Shown in pieces: positions 46,620 to 59,129 of a DNA stretch of 64,000 bases. The notes beneath the pieces are model-generated. The model saw only the letters and a program-made list of their open reading frames with translations, was not told the DNA's origin and did not search any database. Each line of letters opens with the position of its first letter. The stretch's first letter is position 1. Source of the stretch: Camelus ferus (taxonomy: Eukaryota); NCBI RefSeq assembly GCF_009834535.1, contig NC_045699.1, forward strand, positions 61,690,001 to 61,754,000, given 5' to 3'. A program made the translations under genes and the position numbers.

Positions 46620-47040
46620 AAGCCATCCATTGCCTAAATTCTCACCTCCTTCTTTCCCATCACTCTACCCCTCACCCACTGCACTCTGGATAGACTGGCC
46701 TCCACTCCAGTCCTGGAATATCACAGGCATGTCTAAATCTCAGGGCCTTTGCACTGGCTTTTCTCTCTGCCTGCAATAATTATCCCCCAATTATTCACTT
46801 GGGGCTTGGTTCTTTACTTCACTTGGGTCTTATCTAGATGTCACCATCCTATCTAAAATGCCTTCCAGTCATGTTTGAATCCCCTCACCTTGTTTTTTTT
46901 TTTTTAAATTCACAAAACTTATCCTTCCTGTCACAAGGAAGGATACATCTTCATTATCTGTTTTCTTGAGGGTAGATAACTTATCCTAGATCACATGGGT
47001 GCTTGGTTAATACTGGTTGAATGAATGACTAAACCAGTAG
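46620..47040 (+). mobile_element. L2 LINE 3' region
   Basis: ACTGGCCTCCACTCCAGTCCTGGAATAT...CTCAGGGCCTTTGCACTGGCT...CCTGCAATAA..., GTGCTTGGTTAATACTGGTTGAATGAATGA. Confidence 0.8.
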
Positions 47041-48369
47041 TTTTCCTTTATCTCTGTATCACAGCAGGCTCCCACCCACAGGGCATTTTTACGGGAGTGG
47101 GGGTAAAAAAATGGAGATGATTCCTCATTTTGAGGCTCTTCCAAAGTGATGTGTAAAATGTTTGCACACATGTCAGCTCTGAGAGCTCAGGGCACAAGGG
47201 AAGAGTTTCAGTGTGGAGGAAATAACCCCCCGAGGTGGGAGCTTCTTGGGACCAGAGGGAGGACTGGGGAGAAGACTTTGAAGACAGAGATGCCATCAAG
47301 ATACCAACAAGCCAGCATAACGGCTAGCGTGCGTAGTAGGTGCTCGGTAAATATTGGATGAATTACTGAATGAATGGTGCCATTTGCTGAGTTCTCTGCA
47401 ACATTTTCATGCTATTTTAAGTGGGAAGATGGAAAACAGGGTGAAGTGCCAGCCCAGAGGCTGGAGCAGAGCTGGGAGCTAAGAGCGCACAAGATTTTAT
47501 TTATGAAACCCCGTACAGAGTCTTTCCCTCTCACCATGAGTAGTGCTCATATTATGTGGTGTTACAAATGCTGGAACAACAGTACCTTGTATTTATGGAG
47601 TGGCTGCCTCGGAGGGGTTCAGACCGTTTCACAGACATGATCTCATTCATGCTGTCTCAGGTCTTCTATTCAATTACAGGATAGTTCATTATTCCAAATG
47701 ATGCTGCAAACTATTTCTTTTAGATGCACACTTAGAATTATCCATTCTCCATTACAGGTTCTAAGATTTACAGAGCACCACCAAATGACTCCCAGAACTG
47801 CTACAGCAGGAAGGGAGGTAGGCAGAAATGGAAGTTCTCTGAATTTGTAATTTATGAGCTCTTCAAATATTAGGAAGGCGTTCTTTGTATATTCATTTTT
47901 GAAACAGGGGGAAAGACAAGCTATGACTTAGTTACAGCCATATAATATAATGATAAAGATAGGGGGAAAAAAAGACTATGAATCCTTCATAACATTGGCT
48001 AGAGCTATAAAAATAGGAGTTAACCAGTGTGGCGAAGAGGCGAAATAATTATAATCATAATAAGCATGAAAGCAGATTGTGATATGGACTTACTCCCAAG
48101 CTAAGGCTCATATGGACTGGGTTCTTCTGCTTTGCTCTGAATTACTTTGTGGTCTTAAACAAACTCCTGACTTCTCTGGGCCTTCGTTGCATTATCTGAC
48201 ACTGGAGGTGATTGGATTAGGTATTCTCTGAGTCCCTTCTGTCATCAAGCCTTTGTGGGATCTCCACCTCTACAATCACCACCATCACCACCATTGATGC
48301 CTAATGTTTAGAAGGAACATAATAGATACTCACCAAGTGTTTAGTAGGGTGAGTGTGTCTAGTTTTCAG

Positions 48370-48850
48370 TAGTTTGCACATTAGATTTGACTGAGTACAC
48401 ATTTGTTGTGTGCTTGCTATGTTCCAGGCACAAAGATAATGCTGGGGGTAAAAAAATTGTGGAAAAGCTAGTCATCAACATACATGTAAGCTATGCAGGG
48501 AGTCAAAATGATTACATTTGAGTGAGTAGAGGCTTCTTGGAGGAGATGACATAAATTAGCTTTAAATGGATAATTAATACAAGTTCACCAGATGGACCTG
48601 GAAGGGAAATGGTTGAAGGGGAAAGACTTTACAGTCAGAGGGAAGAGTATGTACAAAGACAAGAGGTACAAAAGAGCTTGGGGAAATGCAAACAATGTCT
48701 GAAGATGGATCAGGAGGAAACCAGACTGGAGAAGGAGGTGTGAGTCACATGATTAAGAACCTCAAAACCTGGCTAAGGATCTCAGGCTTTGTTGTAGGAA
48801 ACTGGGCCATTGAAGGGTTCATAGCAGGAGATGATCATGTCTGACTTACA
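48370..48850 (-). mobile_element. L2 LINE 3' region
   Basis: CATTTGTTGTGTGCTTGCTATGTTCCAGGCAC..., AGAGGCTTCTTGGAGGAGATGACAT..., CCTGGCTAAGGATCTCAGGCTTTGTTGTAGG..GCCATTGAAGGGTT. Confidence 0.8.
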
Positions 48851-49109
48851 GAAGGAACATCAGAAATTACCACATACTTCCCTCCAAGGAAATCATGGAC
48901 TAGATGTTATTCTTGTTTCACAAATGGAGAACTTGAGATTCAGATAGGAGAAGACACCTGGCTAGACCCAAATAGCTTAAAAATAGCAGAACCAGGATTA
49001 GACTCCTTCAATAAAAATCTATCAAAATCTACCCTCTTCTACCTGTACCATTTAACCTAGTCTTCCTCTCCTGCACAGACCGCTTGTTCCAGCAGATAAA
49101 GCATTTGCT

Positions 49110-49330
49110 TGTTCTCTGAGTGCACAATGACACATCCCTCTCCCGCTCTTGCCACCATGCTGTTCTGTCAGTCTGGGATGTGCTACCCCTGTCCTCTCCA
49201 GTCCAAATTTCACAAATATGTCAAGATTCAACTCAAGCTCCTTCTACTCTGGGAAACTTTCCCTGGCCCCACTCTAGTTTCCACAGTCTTTTCAGAAAAG
49301 CTAGAGTATTTACAGTGTAGACCACACATC
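49110..49330 (+). mobile_element. L2 fragment
   Basis: CCATGCTGTTCTGTCAGTCTGGGATG...AAGATTCAACTCAAGCTCCTTCTACTCTGGGAAACTTTCCCTG. Confidence 0.65.
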
Positions 49331-49339
49331 CTAACACTC

Positions 49340-49770
49340 TGCATCCACTCAGTGCATTCAACAATCCCAGGTGGTACACAGCTTCTATGTGCCAAAACCC
49401 ATGCAAGGTAGTGGTAATACAACGGTGAGCAAAAGACACAGTCTTTATCCTCATGAAGCTTAAGTCTAATTTGAAGAGACAAATAGCAATAAGTACCCAT
49501 GCATTTACGAGCCTGGACAGTGTTTCAGAGGAAGAGTGTAGGGTGCTGAGACTGCAAAAGAGGAGAAACACTCCAGAAGAAATGATGCTCAAGATAGGAT
49601 CTGAAGGGTTAGAGAGTGAGTAGCAGTTAACCTTGTAAAGAGATGGGAGATAAGGGGAGAAACATGGCCTGGGCTGATGGAACACCCTACATAAAGCCCA
49701 TGGTGGAAGAAAGCATGATGCATTGAGGAACAAAAAGGAGGCAATGTTCATTAGCCAGGATACATAGTGG
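49340..49770 (-). mobile_element. L2 LINE 3' region
   Basis: CAGTGCATTCAACAAT...CTATGTGCCAAAACC...GTGAGCAAAAGACACAGTC...CTCATGAAGCTTAAGTCTA..., GAAATGATGCTCAAGATAGGATCTGAAGG. Confidence 0.8.
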
Positions 49771-49774
49771 CAAG

Positions 49775-50080
49775 CAATAGAAACCGGCTCTGGTAAAATT
49801 TAAACCCAATAGAAAATTATTGGCAGGATATTGAGACGTTCACAGCCTCACTAAGAAGGCCTGGAAAACCGAAGGATTCCATGCCTCCGAAACCCATTAT
49901 GACGCATGAGCAATCTGGTAGGGAAGCTGACAGCCCCACTGGTTTAACACTGGACTGTACAGCTAGCATCACTCACACCCCCAGCACAGGGCTTCTGGTG
50001 CTGCCTCTGGCACCTCTGGCACCTCTGGCACCAGTGCCCTGGACACAGGCAGATGTCACTTCTGCCACCATGATGAAATT
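49775..50080. mobile_element. MLT1-like LTR fragment
   Basis: GCAAGCAATAGAAACCGGCTCTGGTAAAATTTAAAC...TTATTGGCAGGATATTGAG resembles late MLT1 subfamilies. Confidence 0.5.
50004..50030. repeat. (CCTCTGGCA)x3 tandem repeat
   Basis: Three exact 9-bp units. Confidence 0.92.
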
Positions 50081-51094
50081 TGTTCCCAGTCTTTTTTTCT
50101 TTCTGTCTTTCTTCTATGCCACTACCTACAGGCAGGCACCTCTGATTGGCCACCATGCTCTCATTTTCTAGGTTAATAAGAAAGTATGTATCTGGATTTT
50201 TTTTTTCTTCTATATCAGGGCATAGACTGTTTGTCATCAAGACTTGTAAAGTGGAAAACTCCCCACATATAGAAAGAAGGTTCAGGTGCTGGGCACACAA
50301 TAACACAAGTGAAAGACAGGAGTGCCTGTAACATTCTCTAATTGTTTCAGCTGTGTTCATCTCATCTGCCAAACTGAATTGGGATCTCCTTTGGGAAAGT
50401 GCCTGTGCTTTCTTCCTCCCTCATAAGCTCAGCCATAACTGACGGCACTGGCCACATACTCCCTGCTCAATAAATTCTTGTTGACTTCAGTCTAGTTCAT
50501 TCTGCAAAGGTCATTTCATTTGACCTTAGCTGGGAGATGGTTTTCAAATGTAAAATACGAATAACTCAGCCCCAGAGTCTAGCAGCACCCACAGATAATC
50601 AAGTCATCTGGCTATGCAGAACCTCTGGGCATGGGGAAGTATTCTGGGATGTGAGCAGATACAGGATGGAAACTGCTACCTGACATACCCGTCACATCTT
50701 AGGGGCTTATTCCCTCTAGGGCAGTAGAGAGGCTCATGTCTTGAAAATGCATTTGGGTAATCCACTATTAGGTGAAAAAAAAAGCTCCTTAAAAAATGAA
50801 CAGTCTACACAATCAGGTGCAATGCCTCAAAGCAAAGGATTTCCTCTCTCATTTTCTTTCACAGTGATTTGGTGGAAGGAGTGCGGGATTAGGAACCAGA
50901 ATACCTGAGTCTAAGACCTGGCTCTGGGCATATTAGACATGAGGTCTCGATCTGTTCCCATTATTTCCTGGACCCTCAGATCCCTCTTCTGTTAAATGAT
51001 CATTTATTAGGGTGCAAGCTGTGATGGGCATCTGTTGTTTCTAGTTGTTCCATCTTTCTTTTTCTGAAATTGTTTACACCTCTTCCAGAATGAT

Positions 51095-51266
51095 GATTCT
51101 CAAATTTGATCATGCATCAGAATCACATGGACGGCTTGTTAAAACACAGATTCCTGAACCCTCCTTCTAGAGTTTCCGATTTTAAAGGTCTGGGATAGTG
51201 TTTAAAAATTTATATTTCTAGATAATTTCCAGGGGGCTCCAGTGACCACACTTTGAGAACCACTAT
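51095..51266. mobile_element. MER5A (hAT-Charlie MITE)
   Basis: GCATCAGAATCACATGGACGGCTTGTTAAAACACAGATT...GTGACCACACTTTGAGAACCACT. Confidence 0.85.
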
Positions 51267-51419
51267 ACTCAAAAACCAACCCCCTCTTATGCTTAGTCCG
51301 GGGGTTCAGGAGGCTAATTTCAGCCTTTGGCTCCAAAGGCAAGAACACAAAGCAGGCCAGCCTAGTTAGTTTATTCAAACCATCTAGCCACACAGGATTA
51401 CTTGGGATGGACAGGAGAG

Positions 51420-51686
51420 CCACGTCAAGCCAATGGACATCTTTTCTTCAAGGGTCGCTCACCTGGTAGAATGTGAACCTGAATCCGCTGGGGGCTATCT
51501 TGCATCTCCTGATGGTTATGCCAACAGAGAACATCAGAGCACAGACATGCAAAGCATAGGTTCCTGAAACTCAGCTTGAGCTTTCCAGTCATCCTTGAAG
51601 TGTGCTCTACGAGACCACACGTTCTCTTTTTCACTTGAGCCACTTGGATTTCTGTCACCTGCAACCAAATAATCCTGAGTAATACA
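51420..51686 (+). mobile_element. MLT1 (MLT1J/K-like) LTR 3' part
   Basis: GGGGGCTATCTTGCATCTCC...TTGAGCCACTTGGATTTCTGTCACCTGCAACCAAATAATCCTGAGTAATACA. Confidence 0.75.
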
Positions 51687-51924
51687 TACACTTCACTCAA
51701 CTTCCCAAGACCAGAGTGTGGGCTTAGTCCCTTTAAAAACAAACAAACAAGCAAACAAAAAACTTCCAAGAAGTTGTAACTGTGAGACAATGACCAGATA
51801 GGAAAATTATGAAACGGCGATATAGTTCCTCAAGGACTAACTTGCCAGACCATCTGAGAACAGCACGCCAAAACCACCATGATGATTAGAAGAATGATAA
51901 GGCACCTTTGCTGAGCAGGTAATG

Positions 51925-52145
51925 AATATTAGACTCTCTGCTTAATGACTTAGACGCATTATCTAACTTAATCCACACAACGAATGTTGGAGGCAAATAC
52001 TATCATGATATCAGCTCATGGATAAGGATACTGAACCCCACAGATTTTAAGAAACTCATCCATGGTTGCTAACCTAGTAAAAGACAGTAAGAAGAGACGA
52101 AAAGAAAAAAAAAGTCAACCCAATTGGCTCGACTCCAGAAGCCAT
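51925..52145 (-). mobile_element. MIR SINE
   Basis: GCATTATCTAACTTAATCCACACAAC...GGATAAGGATACTGAACC...GACTCCAGAAGCCAT. Confidence 0.65.
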
Positions 52146-52751
52146 ATTCTGGCATCCTTGTGAGATCAAAAGTCTTGACCTTTCATTGTAATTCAGAGAC
52201 CACACCATCCTGAGGATATGGCAGTGGTGCTTGGTTCAGACAGAGGAACAAATATGGACCACTTTTAAAAACAGGAAAACTCACAACACAATTTGGCCTG
52301 GGCTCAGAGGATGGAGACGCCTCCTGCTGACTTCAAACTGGCCAAGTGGTGCGAGCCTTCTGGAGCCTCTGGAAATGACTACTTCTGTGGCTCTGGCAGA
52401 CTGACTATCTTTGCCTGCCTTGAACTCTGCGCGGTACCCTCTCAGGACCCCTGGCAAAGGCACCTGATGGACACAGGCCTGGGTCCTCTCCTGCCCTGAC
52501 ATCAACAAGCTCTTAAACTGTTCACTTGTCTCAGTGCATTTTGTGACAATGACAGCTGCCCAAAAATGTGGTCGCCCAATTTATCTAATCAGCACCCCCC
52601 CAACAAGCCTGCCTCTAAGAGCCTGTACCCAAAATAGAATTTTGCAGGTATTCCAAAGATCCTCCCCAATAAATATTTTATTGGTTACCAATTTCCCCAT
52701 CTCAAAAATGTATACTCAGATGGTTTGTTTATATAAACAGATGGATTTTTT

Positions 52752-53217
52752 TAAATTGAAGAATAGTTGATTTACAATGTGTTAGTTTCTGGTATACAGC
52801 ATAGTGATTCAGTCATACATATATTCTTTTTTGTTATAGGTTATTACAAGTTATTGAATATAGTTCCCTGTGCTCTACAGTAGGACTTTGTTGTTTATCT
52901 ATTTTGTATATAGGAGTTTGTATCTGCTAATCCCAAACTCCTAATTCATCACCCCTCTTCCCCTCTGGTAACTGTAAGTTTGTTTTCTATGTCTGTGAGT
53001 CTCTTTCTGTTTTGTAAATAAGTTTGTGTCATTTTTTTTTAGATTCCACATAGAAGTGATACCATATTGTATTTGTCTTTGACTTCACTTAGTATGACAA
53101 TCTCTAGGTCCATCCATGTTGTTGCAAATGACATTATTTCAATCTTTTTATGGCTGAATAGTTTTCCATTGTGTGTATGTATGTATATAGATATCTCACA
53201 TCCTTTTTATTCATCCA
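52752..53217 (-). mobile_element. 5'-truncated artiodactyl L1 3' end
   Basis: ATTGAAGAATAGTTGATTTACAATG...CCCTGTGCTCTACAGTAGGAC...AGATTCCACATAGAAGTGATACC...TCTAGGTCCATCCATGTTGTTGCAAATG; degenerate TSD TAAACAGATGGATTTTTT (52734-52751) / TAAGCGGACTGATTTTTT (53218-53235). Confidence 0.92.
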
Positions 53218-53399
53218 TAAGCGGACTGATTTTTTAAAATAACTTTCAGACCTTTTCAGTGCGTCCTGTGGCTCCTGTGCACATCACAATTTTTCTACTC
53301 CTCAATTTCCATGCATCTGTATTTGTTCCAAGGCACAGTGGCAGCCTGGCTCCTCTTGTGTATATAATAGAGAAGGTGGGATTTTATCCAGTGTTGTCT

Positions 53400-54100
53400 G
53401 ATGGGCCCTTCTTTACTGCCTGCATGAATTCTTTCACCGACTTCCTAACCGGAATTCTTACCAGCACTCTCACTCCACACACCCAGACGCGCCTCTCCTG
53501 GCTGCATGGCTGTCTTACTGAAACACAAAGATCCCTTCCCTCGCTCGTAAGCTAAAAGCCTGCTATTGATTCAACCTCTGGCATGTGCCACGGGAACCTC
53601 TTCACCCTCTTCCCAAAGTGCAATTCCAGGCTTGCTTCCTTGCAGCCACACCCACTGTACATTTAGCCTCAAGTGCCCCCTCGCTGACCCATCATGGCTA
53701 GACTCCCGTTGCCTGGATTCAGTCTCTGCGCTTCTGCTAGGGGTTATTTCTTGACGTGGTGGTAACCATCCTGCTGCCTCTTGGCCCATCCAAGCATTAC
53801 TTGTCCTTCTGGTTCCAGCTGAAAATCTTCCTCCTCCACGACATCCTCAGATCCCCTCGCCTGGAGATAATATCCGCCTCCTCTGGACGTCCATAGCGTT
53901 TTTATTGCTCCTCTCTCACAGTCCCCAGCCCTGCCTCTATTATAGTTATTTATAGATAGAAACCTCATCCCCCCACTAGTCTATAAAGCCTTTGGATGCA
54001 CAGTCCCTGCATCACTTAGCAACATATTCTACACCGGACCTGGCTTAGTACCTTCCACACACATTGGAAACCCACACGCCTAATAAACAAATAGACTAAT
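53400..54100 (+). mobile_element. L2 LINE 3' region
   Basis: CCAAGCATTACTTGTCCTTCTGGTTCCAGCTGAAAATCTTCCTCCTCC..., CCCCACTAGTCTATAAAGCCTTTGGATG..., CCTAATAAACAAATAG. Confidence 0.65.
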
Positions 54101-54885
54101 GGCACTCTGGGACGGGACCCTACCCCGGAAATGTTCCTCGTACGTTCTGTCCTCTTGATGGAAATAACGCAGTATAAGATCAGTCGCCCTGGGCTGACAC
54201 AGAGTACCTATTGTAGGGGCACCTCATTAGATCATACCTACCAACAAGTATCTCCAGTGATGGGGTCAGTAGCCAAGTACCCCCCGGAGCAACTGTGGAC
54301 CCGGTCTGTAGCAGCTCCCCCGCTAATTAGCATGATTTTTTAAAGTATGATTCTTTATCTTTTAAAACTCATGTGTGTTTTAAATTCTATTTCGTAAGTC
54401 ACAGACATTTTATTTAATATAAATATTTTCTCTTAATATAAATGGCCAAATAAAATTAAGCTCCAGGCATTTATGCCAGGCTTACCCTGTGGCTCTAGGT
54501 ACCTTCTGGGTCCCCGTGATGGATGACGTTACCCCTGACTGCAAGGCACAGCGTTAAAGGGTCTGAGTCATTCATGTATTCTGTGAATTAATGATTCTGC
54601 TTTTTTTCTAGCTGAGGGCAAAAGGAAGACCCTACGAACATGATGAGATAGAAGAGACTGACTAGAGACCAACTAGCGTTGTGTTTCTTGGAGGGACCGT
54701 GAAAAACGGATCTGGGGAGGCAGGCAGGGATAATGCCATGAGCACATGAGACTAATCAAGGTCCCCTGAGACCGAAGGGGAGGGAGGGAGTCTGGCCTGG
54801 CCAACAATTTGCCAGATGATGGTCGTGCTTTGGCCTCTCCTTTCCCCACGGAAGTTGGAGGCCTGAGATATCGAGGTCGTCAACT

Positions 54886-55057
54886 NNNNNNNNNNNNNNN
54901 NNNNNNNNNNNNNNNNNNNNNNNNNNNNNNNNNNNNNNNNNNNNNNNNNNNNNNNNNNNNNNNNNNNNNNNNNNNNNNNNNNNNNNNNNNNNNNNNNNNN
55001 NNNNNNNNNNNNNNNNNNNNNNNNNNNNNNNNNNNNNNNNNNNNNNNNNNNNNNNNN
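54886..55057. other. Assembly gap (172 N)
   Basis: Run of N. Confidence 1.
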
Positions 55058-56169
55058 GAGCTGTTCGGGAGGCTGGATTCCAGCTATTCCTGTGAGGCTC
55101 CATGGGCAGCAATGAGGGCGGAGGGCTTGGGGAGAGAGAGCGTCTGAAGAGAAAAGCTCAGTAAAGGTTAACTGTGCAGATTCGAGAAGCTAATTGGAAA
55201 CCTCTTAAACAAAATCCAGGTTAATAAGAGTTGAAAAGGACAACATGCCCCTTTCATAATGATTATTATGATTATTAGCATTGTGTTCCCACCTACATCA
55301 AAACTGCTTGCATTTCGGTAGACCCGGCATAAGCAACCTGACCGCCTCCTGAAAACACCTGGTCTTGGTGTTGAATCAGTAGATTCCAAGACTTTCAGGG
55401 ACAGAGTAAATCTTATGGATGGTTGTGGGATGATGGGGAAACAGGTCTAGACATTGCATGTCACTCTGTTACATCTTAGGCTTGTCTCTTACATTCTGCC
55501 CTCAAATTCCTGTGGTATCCATAAAAGAGAGTGGTAAATAAATTGGATCAACAATAATCATTGGACTCCTACCATATGCCAGGCTAACGAGAATGATAGT
55601 GTTACAGATAAGGTCTCTGCCCTCATAGAACTTATATTCTTTGGGAAACACAGTCCACTAAACAGGCAGTCATGTTATTGATGGGGGCATGTACAAAGGC
55701 CATGAGAGCTCTAGGAAGGACCTTCTATTCTGGTCAGGAGGAGAGGTGGTAGGAAGGTTTTCTGTGTGTTCAGTCTCTTCGGTACACATGCGTCACATTA
55801 ATAATGTTACCCTATATCTCAATGCTTCATCCGCTTGGATTTCAGGAATTCCAAGCTGCATCATCTTGATGGTGATAGTGGAAAGGTGAGAAAGTGGTCT
55901 TCACCTCCATTACATAGTTGGAGCTATCACCTAAAAATCTGCAATTAGTCAGCCTAATGTTCACTGATCTTCCATCCTTTACCCCTGTTCCTCTACTATT
56001 CATAGCTTCCCTTTTTGTCCCAGTGACCATGCCACTGCCAATCTCCTCTGGAGTACTCACCTCCATGCTACCCAGAGGTGATGTCACTCTTGATAGCAAG
56101 GTACCCTTGATACCCTTGACAGAGAGTATCCTTGGCAACTTATCCTGAGCACGAAGGTATGTTTCTCCC

Positions 56170-56487
56170 TGTCTCTATCATGTGAACGGGCTCATTCACA
56201 CTGATTAAAGATGATAGACCATGTGGACCACAGATGATTCAGCCCAGTTGTCCCAATCAAGGTCCCAAATACATTATAAAACCCAATCAATATCAACAAA
56301 ACCAACTTGTAGCTGATCCACAACTGATCAAAGACACATGAGGGAGGCTAGCTGAGACTAAAGGAACTACCCTGCTGAGCCCAGTCCAAATTGCTAACCT
56401 GCAGAATCATGAGTTACATAGATGGTTATTATTTAAAGCCATTATCTTTTGGGGTAGTTTGTTATGCAGTAAGAGCTAACTGATACA
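56170..56487 (+). mobile_element. MLT1 (F/G/H-like) LTR 3' part
   Basis: CCCTGCTGAGCCCAGTCCAAATTGCTAACCTGCAGAATCATGAG...TTTAAAGCCATT...GGGGTAGTTTGTTATGCAG...GCTAACTGATACA. Confidence 0.85.
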
Positions 56488-56679
56488 TATGGCAATTAAC
56501 CTCTATTATAGACCAGTTCAATTCAACCAAAGGTTTTTGAGTATCTACTATGTTCCTAGTCAATGAAGGTATAATAATGAATGAGACATACTCTCTGTTC
56601 ATAGAAATTTATAATCCAACACCTTTTAAATGTAACCAAGCAATTAAAAGACTCTAAGAGTTTAAACTTTCATCTATAG

Positions 56680-56837
56680 ATCACTATGTTGAGGCCTCAA
56701 GGTAGTCTGTGGACTCCTTGGAAGTGTTTTAAAATTTTCCATGTATCTGCCAATGTACATTTTTTAAATGAAGGCCTTTGGTTTTACATCATCTTCTCAA
56801 AGGGCTAAGTGAGCCAGAAGACGTTGAGAACTGCTGG
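56680..56837. mobile_element. hAT-Charlie MITE fragment
   Basis: CATCATCTTCTCAAAGGGCTAAGTGAGCCAGAAGACGTTGAGAACTGCTG resembles a Charlie-type terminus. Confidence 0.5.
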
Positions 56838-57949
56838 ATGATCGTGCAATCTAAGACTGTTCATACTGCCCAAGACTCACATGGCAAGCAGTCTGGTCTG
56901 GGATACATTTCATTGCTGACTCATCCAATCAGAAAGGTGTCCTCAAAATGATATGCTGCCAGAGGCCACCGAGGTTTATGTGTTGGAGGATCAGAGTGCT
57001 ATGGCTGTCTTGAAAAAAGCTTCCCACCGATAATGTTATCACTTTCTTGTCACATAGAGCACAACCTCTGTATGATCCAAAGCACATTTTCTTTAAAAAA
57101 TGATGGGCTTATCTGTGTCTCACTTTTGCTCACACCCACTATAGGGTTGGTAAATCTTTCTCCCAGGGCAAGAATACAAGTCTATCACTTCCTATAGCCT
57201 CGCTCTTCTGGCAACAAAGGCTTCTCTCACTCCAGTCAACAATGCAGAATATTTAGCCTCCAGGTTCTTGTTTGAGGATTCCACTGAGATCCGTCTGAGA
57301 TAAAGAACCATACCACACCCTGATTATAACAACATCTGATGTTTGGGAAGACAGTCTGATAGGCAGACTAATTATTCCTTTCTCTAAATTATTGAGGTTT
57401 TCTTCATTTTGGGCTAGATAACCAGGGGAAAAAAAAAGAGGAAGAAGCAGGATAAAGGGCAGAAAGTTCCCTGAATAATTAGAACCATATCCTGTGCCCG
57501 GTTCTTCTACAGTCTTGCTTAACATCTTTGATCAAAGCCACCCTCTCTAAATCTGCTTTCTTATTTATAAAATTGGAATTACAGTCCAATCCCTGCCCTC
57601 ATCCCAAAGAGGTAACTGTTAAGCTTGAGCAAATAATAAGCTGTAACGTTCTACCAAACCTAAGGTAGGTCTCCTCTAGCTTGTGTTTCTATGATTCACT
57701 TGGAGTCTTTTGCCTGGTCCCACATAATTCAAACTTTCATCTCTGGAGTTATGATATCATGTATCATTGACAGTATCAGATGGAGGGCATCACGTTCCAA
57801 ATCAGGCCCTCTTGGAAGCCTTCCCTGTCTCCCCCTGGATGGCTGGAGAGGTAGGGTGTTGAACCCCCACAGTCCCTGTGCTTCCCAGGATTGGTGTGTT
57901 AAAATGACTGGTGTTATTTCTACATCAAGAGATGTCAAGAGATGGTATA

Positions 57950-58205
57950 ATGCGATGGTGAGCTTGGGAATAACACTGCCTGGGGTCGAATCCTATAACA
58001 ACCATTTACCAACTATGTAAACAAATCACTGAACCTTCCTGTGCCTCAGGTTTCTCTCATAGGCAAAACTGGGCAGATAATAGTATCCGTATCTCACATG
58101 TTTTGGGGTAGGATTAAGGGAGTTAAGTATGTACAGTGCCTACAACAATTCCTGTACTTAGTGGAGTATGAAGAGAGCTTGAAAATATTACCTAATATCA
58201 TTAGC
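57950..58205 (+). mobile_element. MIR SINE, near full length
   Basis: CTGCCTGGGGTCGAATCC...ACTGAACCTTCCTGTGCCTCAGGTTTCTC...GGATTAAGGGAG...GTACAGTGCCTACAAC. Confidence 0.85.
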
Positions 58206-58317
58206 TCTTTTGAGTAACTGAGTTTTGAGCTCAACTTGGAGTCACCTTTCGCTTGTCCATTTTCAGATCCTCAACACCCACTGCTTGATAGAGCTCAACA
58301 AATATTAAAACGTGAGC

Positions 58318-58340
58318 ATGAATGAATGAATGAATGAATG
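58318..58340. repeat. (ATGA)n L2-tail microsatellite
   Basis: Preceded by GAGCTCAACAAATATT, typical of an L2 3' end on +. Confidence 0.8.
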
Positions 58341-58599
58341 GTGGCAGGCAGAACCGTGGTTCTGAAGTCAGTACACATGAATCCTGGTCCGAGTTTAATC
58401 TGTAACTCCATCTGACACTCCTGAAACACATTATTTACCTCCCCTACCCTCCATTTCCTCATCTATTAGATGCGAGCAGTGGACCAGATAATCACTAATG
58501 ACCATTTCATCTCCAGAGGTCTATAAAATGAGATTACAAGGTGAGAAGGAGATGAGTTATTTTACCCAGAGTCTACTGGTGGCCCAGACAATTTACACA

Positions 58600-58790
58600 A
58601 AGTATCTTATGAAATCTTCCCCATGCATGATCAAGTAAACAGGATTATCTCCATTCTATGAATACAGAAATTAATGAGACTCAGATAGGTTAAGTAACTT
58701 TCCCCAGACCACACAGTTAGGAAGTTGTGAAGCAAGGACTCCATCCAGTTCCGACTGAAGCCAAAGGTAAGTGCTTTCCACTATCCTACT
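58600..58790 (-). mobile_element. MIR SINE
   Basis: GATTATCTCCATTCTATG...TGAGACTCAGATAGGTTAAGTAACTTTCCCCAGACCACACAG. Confidence 0.8.
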
Positions 58791-59129
58791 GAGATCCAAG
58801 GTGTCAAAGTGAAAGGTGGTGTGCTGTAACTCATGCAACACCCTCTCCCATCAAAGGGAAGCAGAGGCAGTAAGCAGGGTAAGGCAGGTATACTTAGAAC
58901 AGGTGTGGAGAGAGCTGTCATCTTGACACACAGGTTTAGACACATCAGCATCTGTGTTGGGATCCAGATGGGGAGAGATTAAGCAGGGGAGACAGTAGCA
59001 GCTATAACATTAGCCTTGAGTTAATTGCTATTTTGGTGTCCTTATGGAAGGAAACATCCACTGTATATATTCCCACAGCAAATGGAATTAATAAAAATTT
59101 CTTTGAGTTGGGAATCACTTGTCCCCTCC

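Noticed and set aside
45895-47040. Oppositely oriented adjacent L2 copies as a dsRNA/hairpin source
   Set aside because: The copies are very diverged, so stable pairing is unlikely, and there is no transcription evidence.
49233-49751. 172-aa minus-strand hydrophobic ORF
   Set aside because: It lies entirely within decayed L2 sequence; the hydrophobicity reflects pyrimidine-rich composition.
55842-56148. Overlapping 98-aa and 76-aa ORFs with a GAG|GTGAGT donor-like site on the minus strand
   Set aside because: Weak acceptor, no known protein resemblance, and adjacent to an MLT1 LTR.
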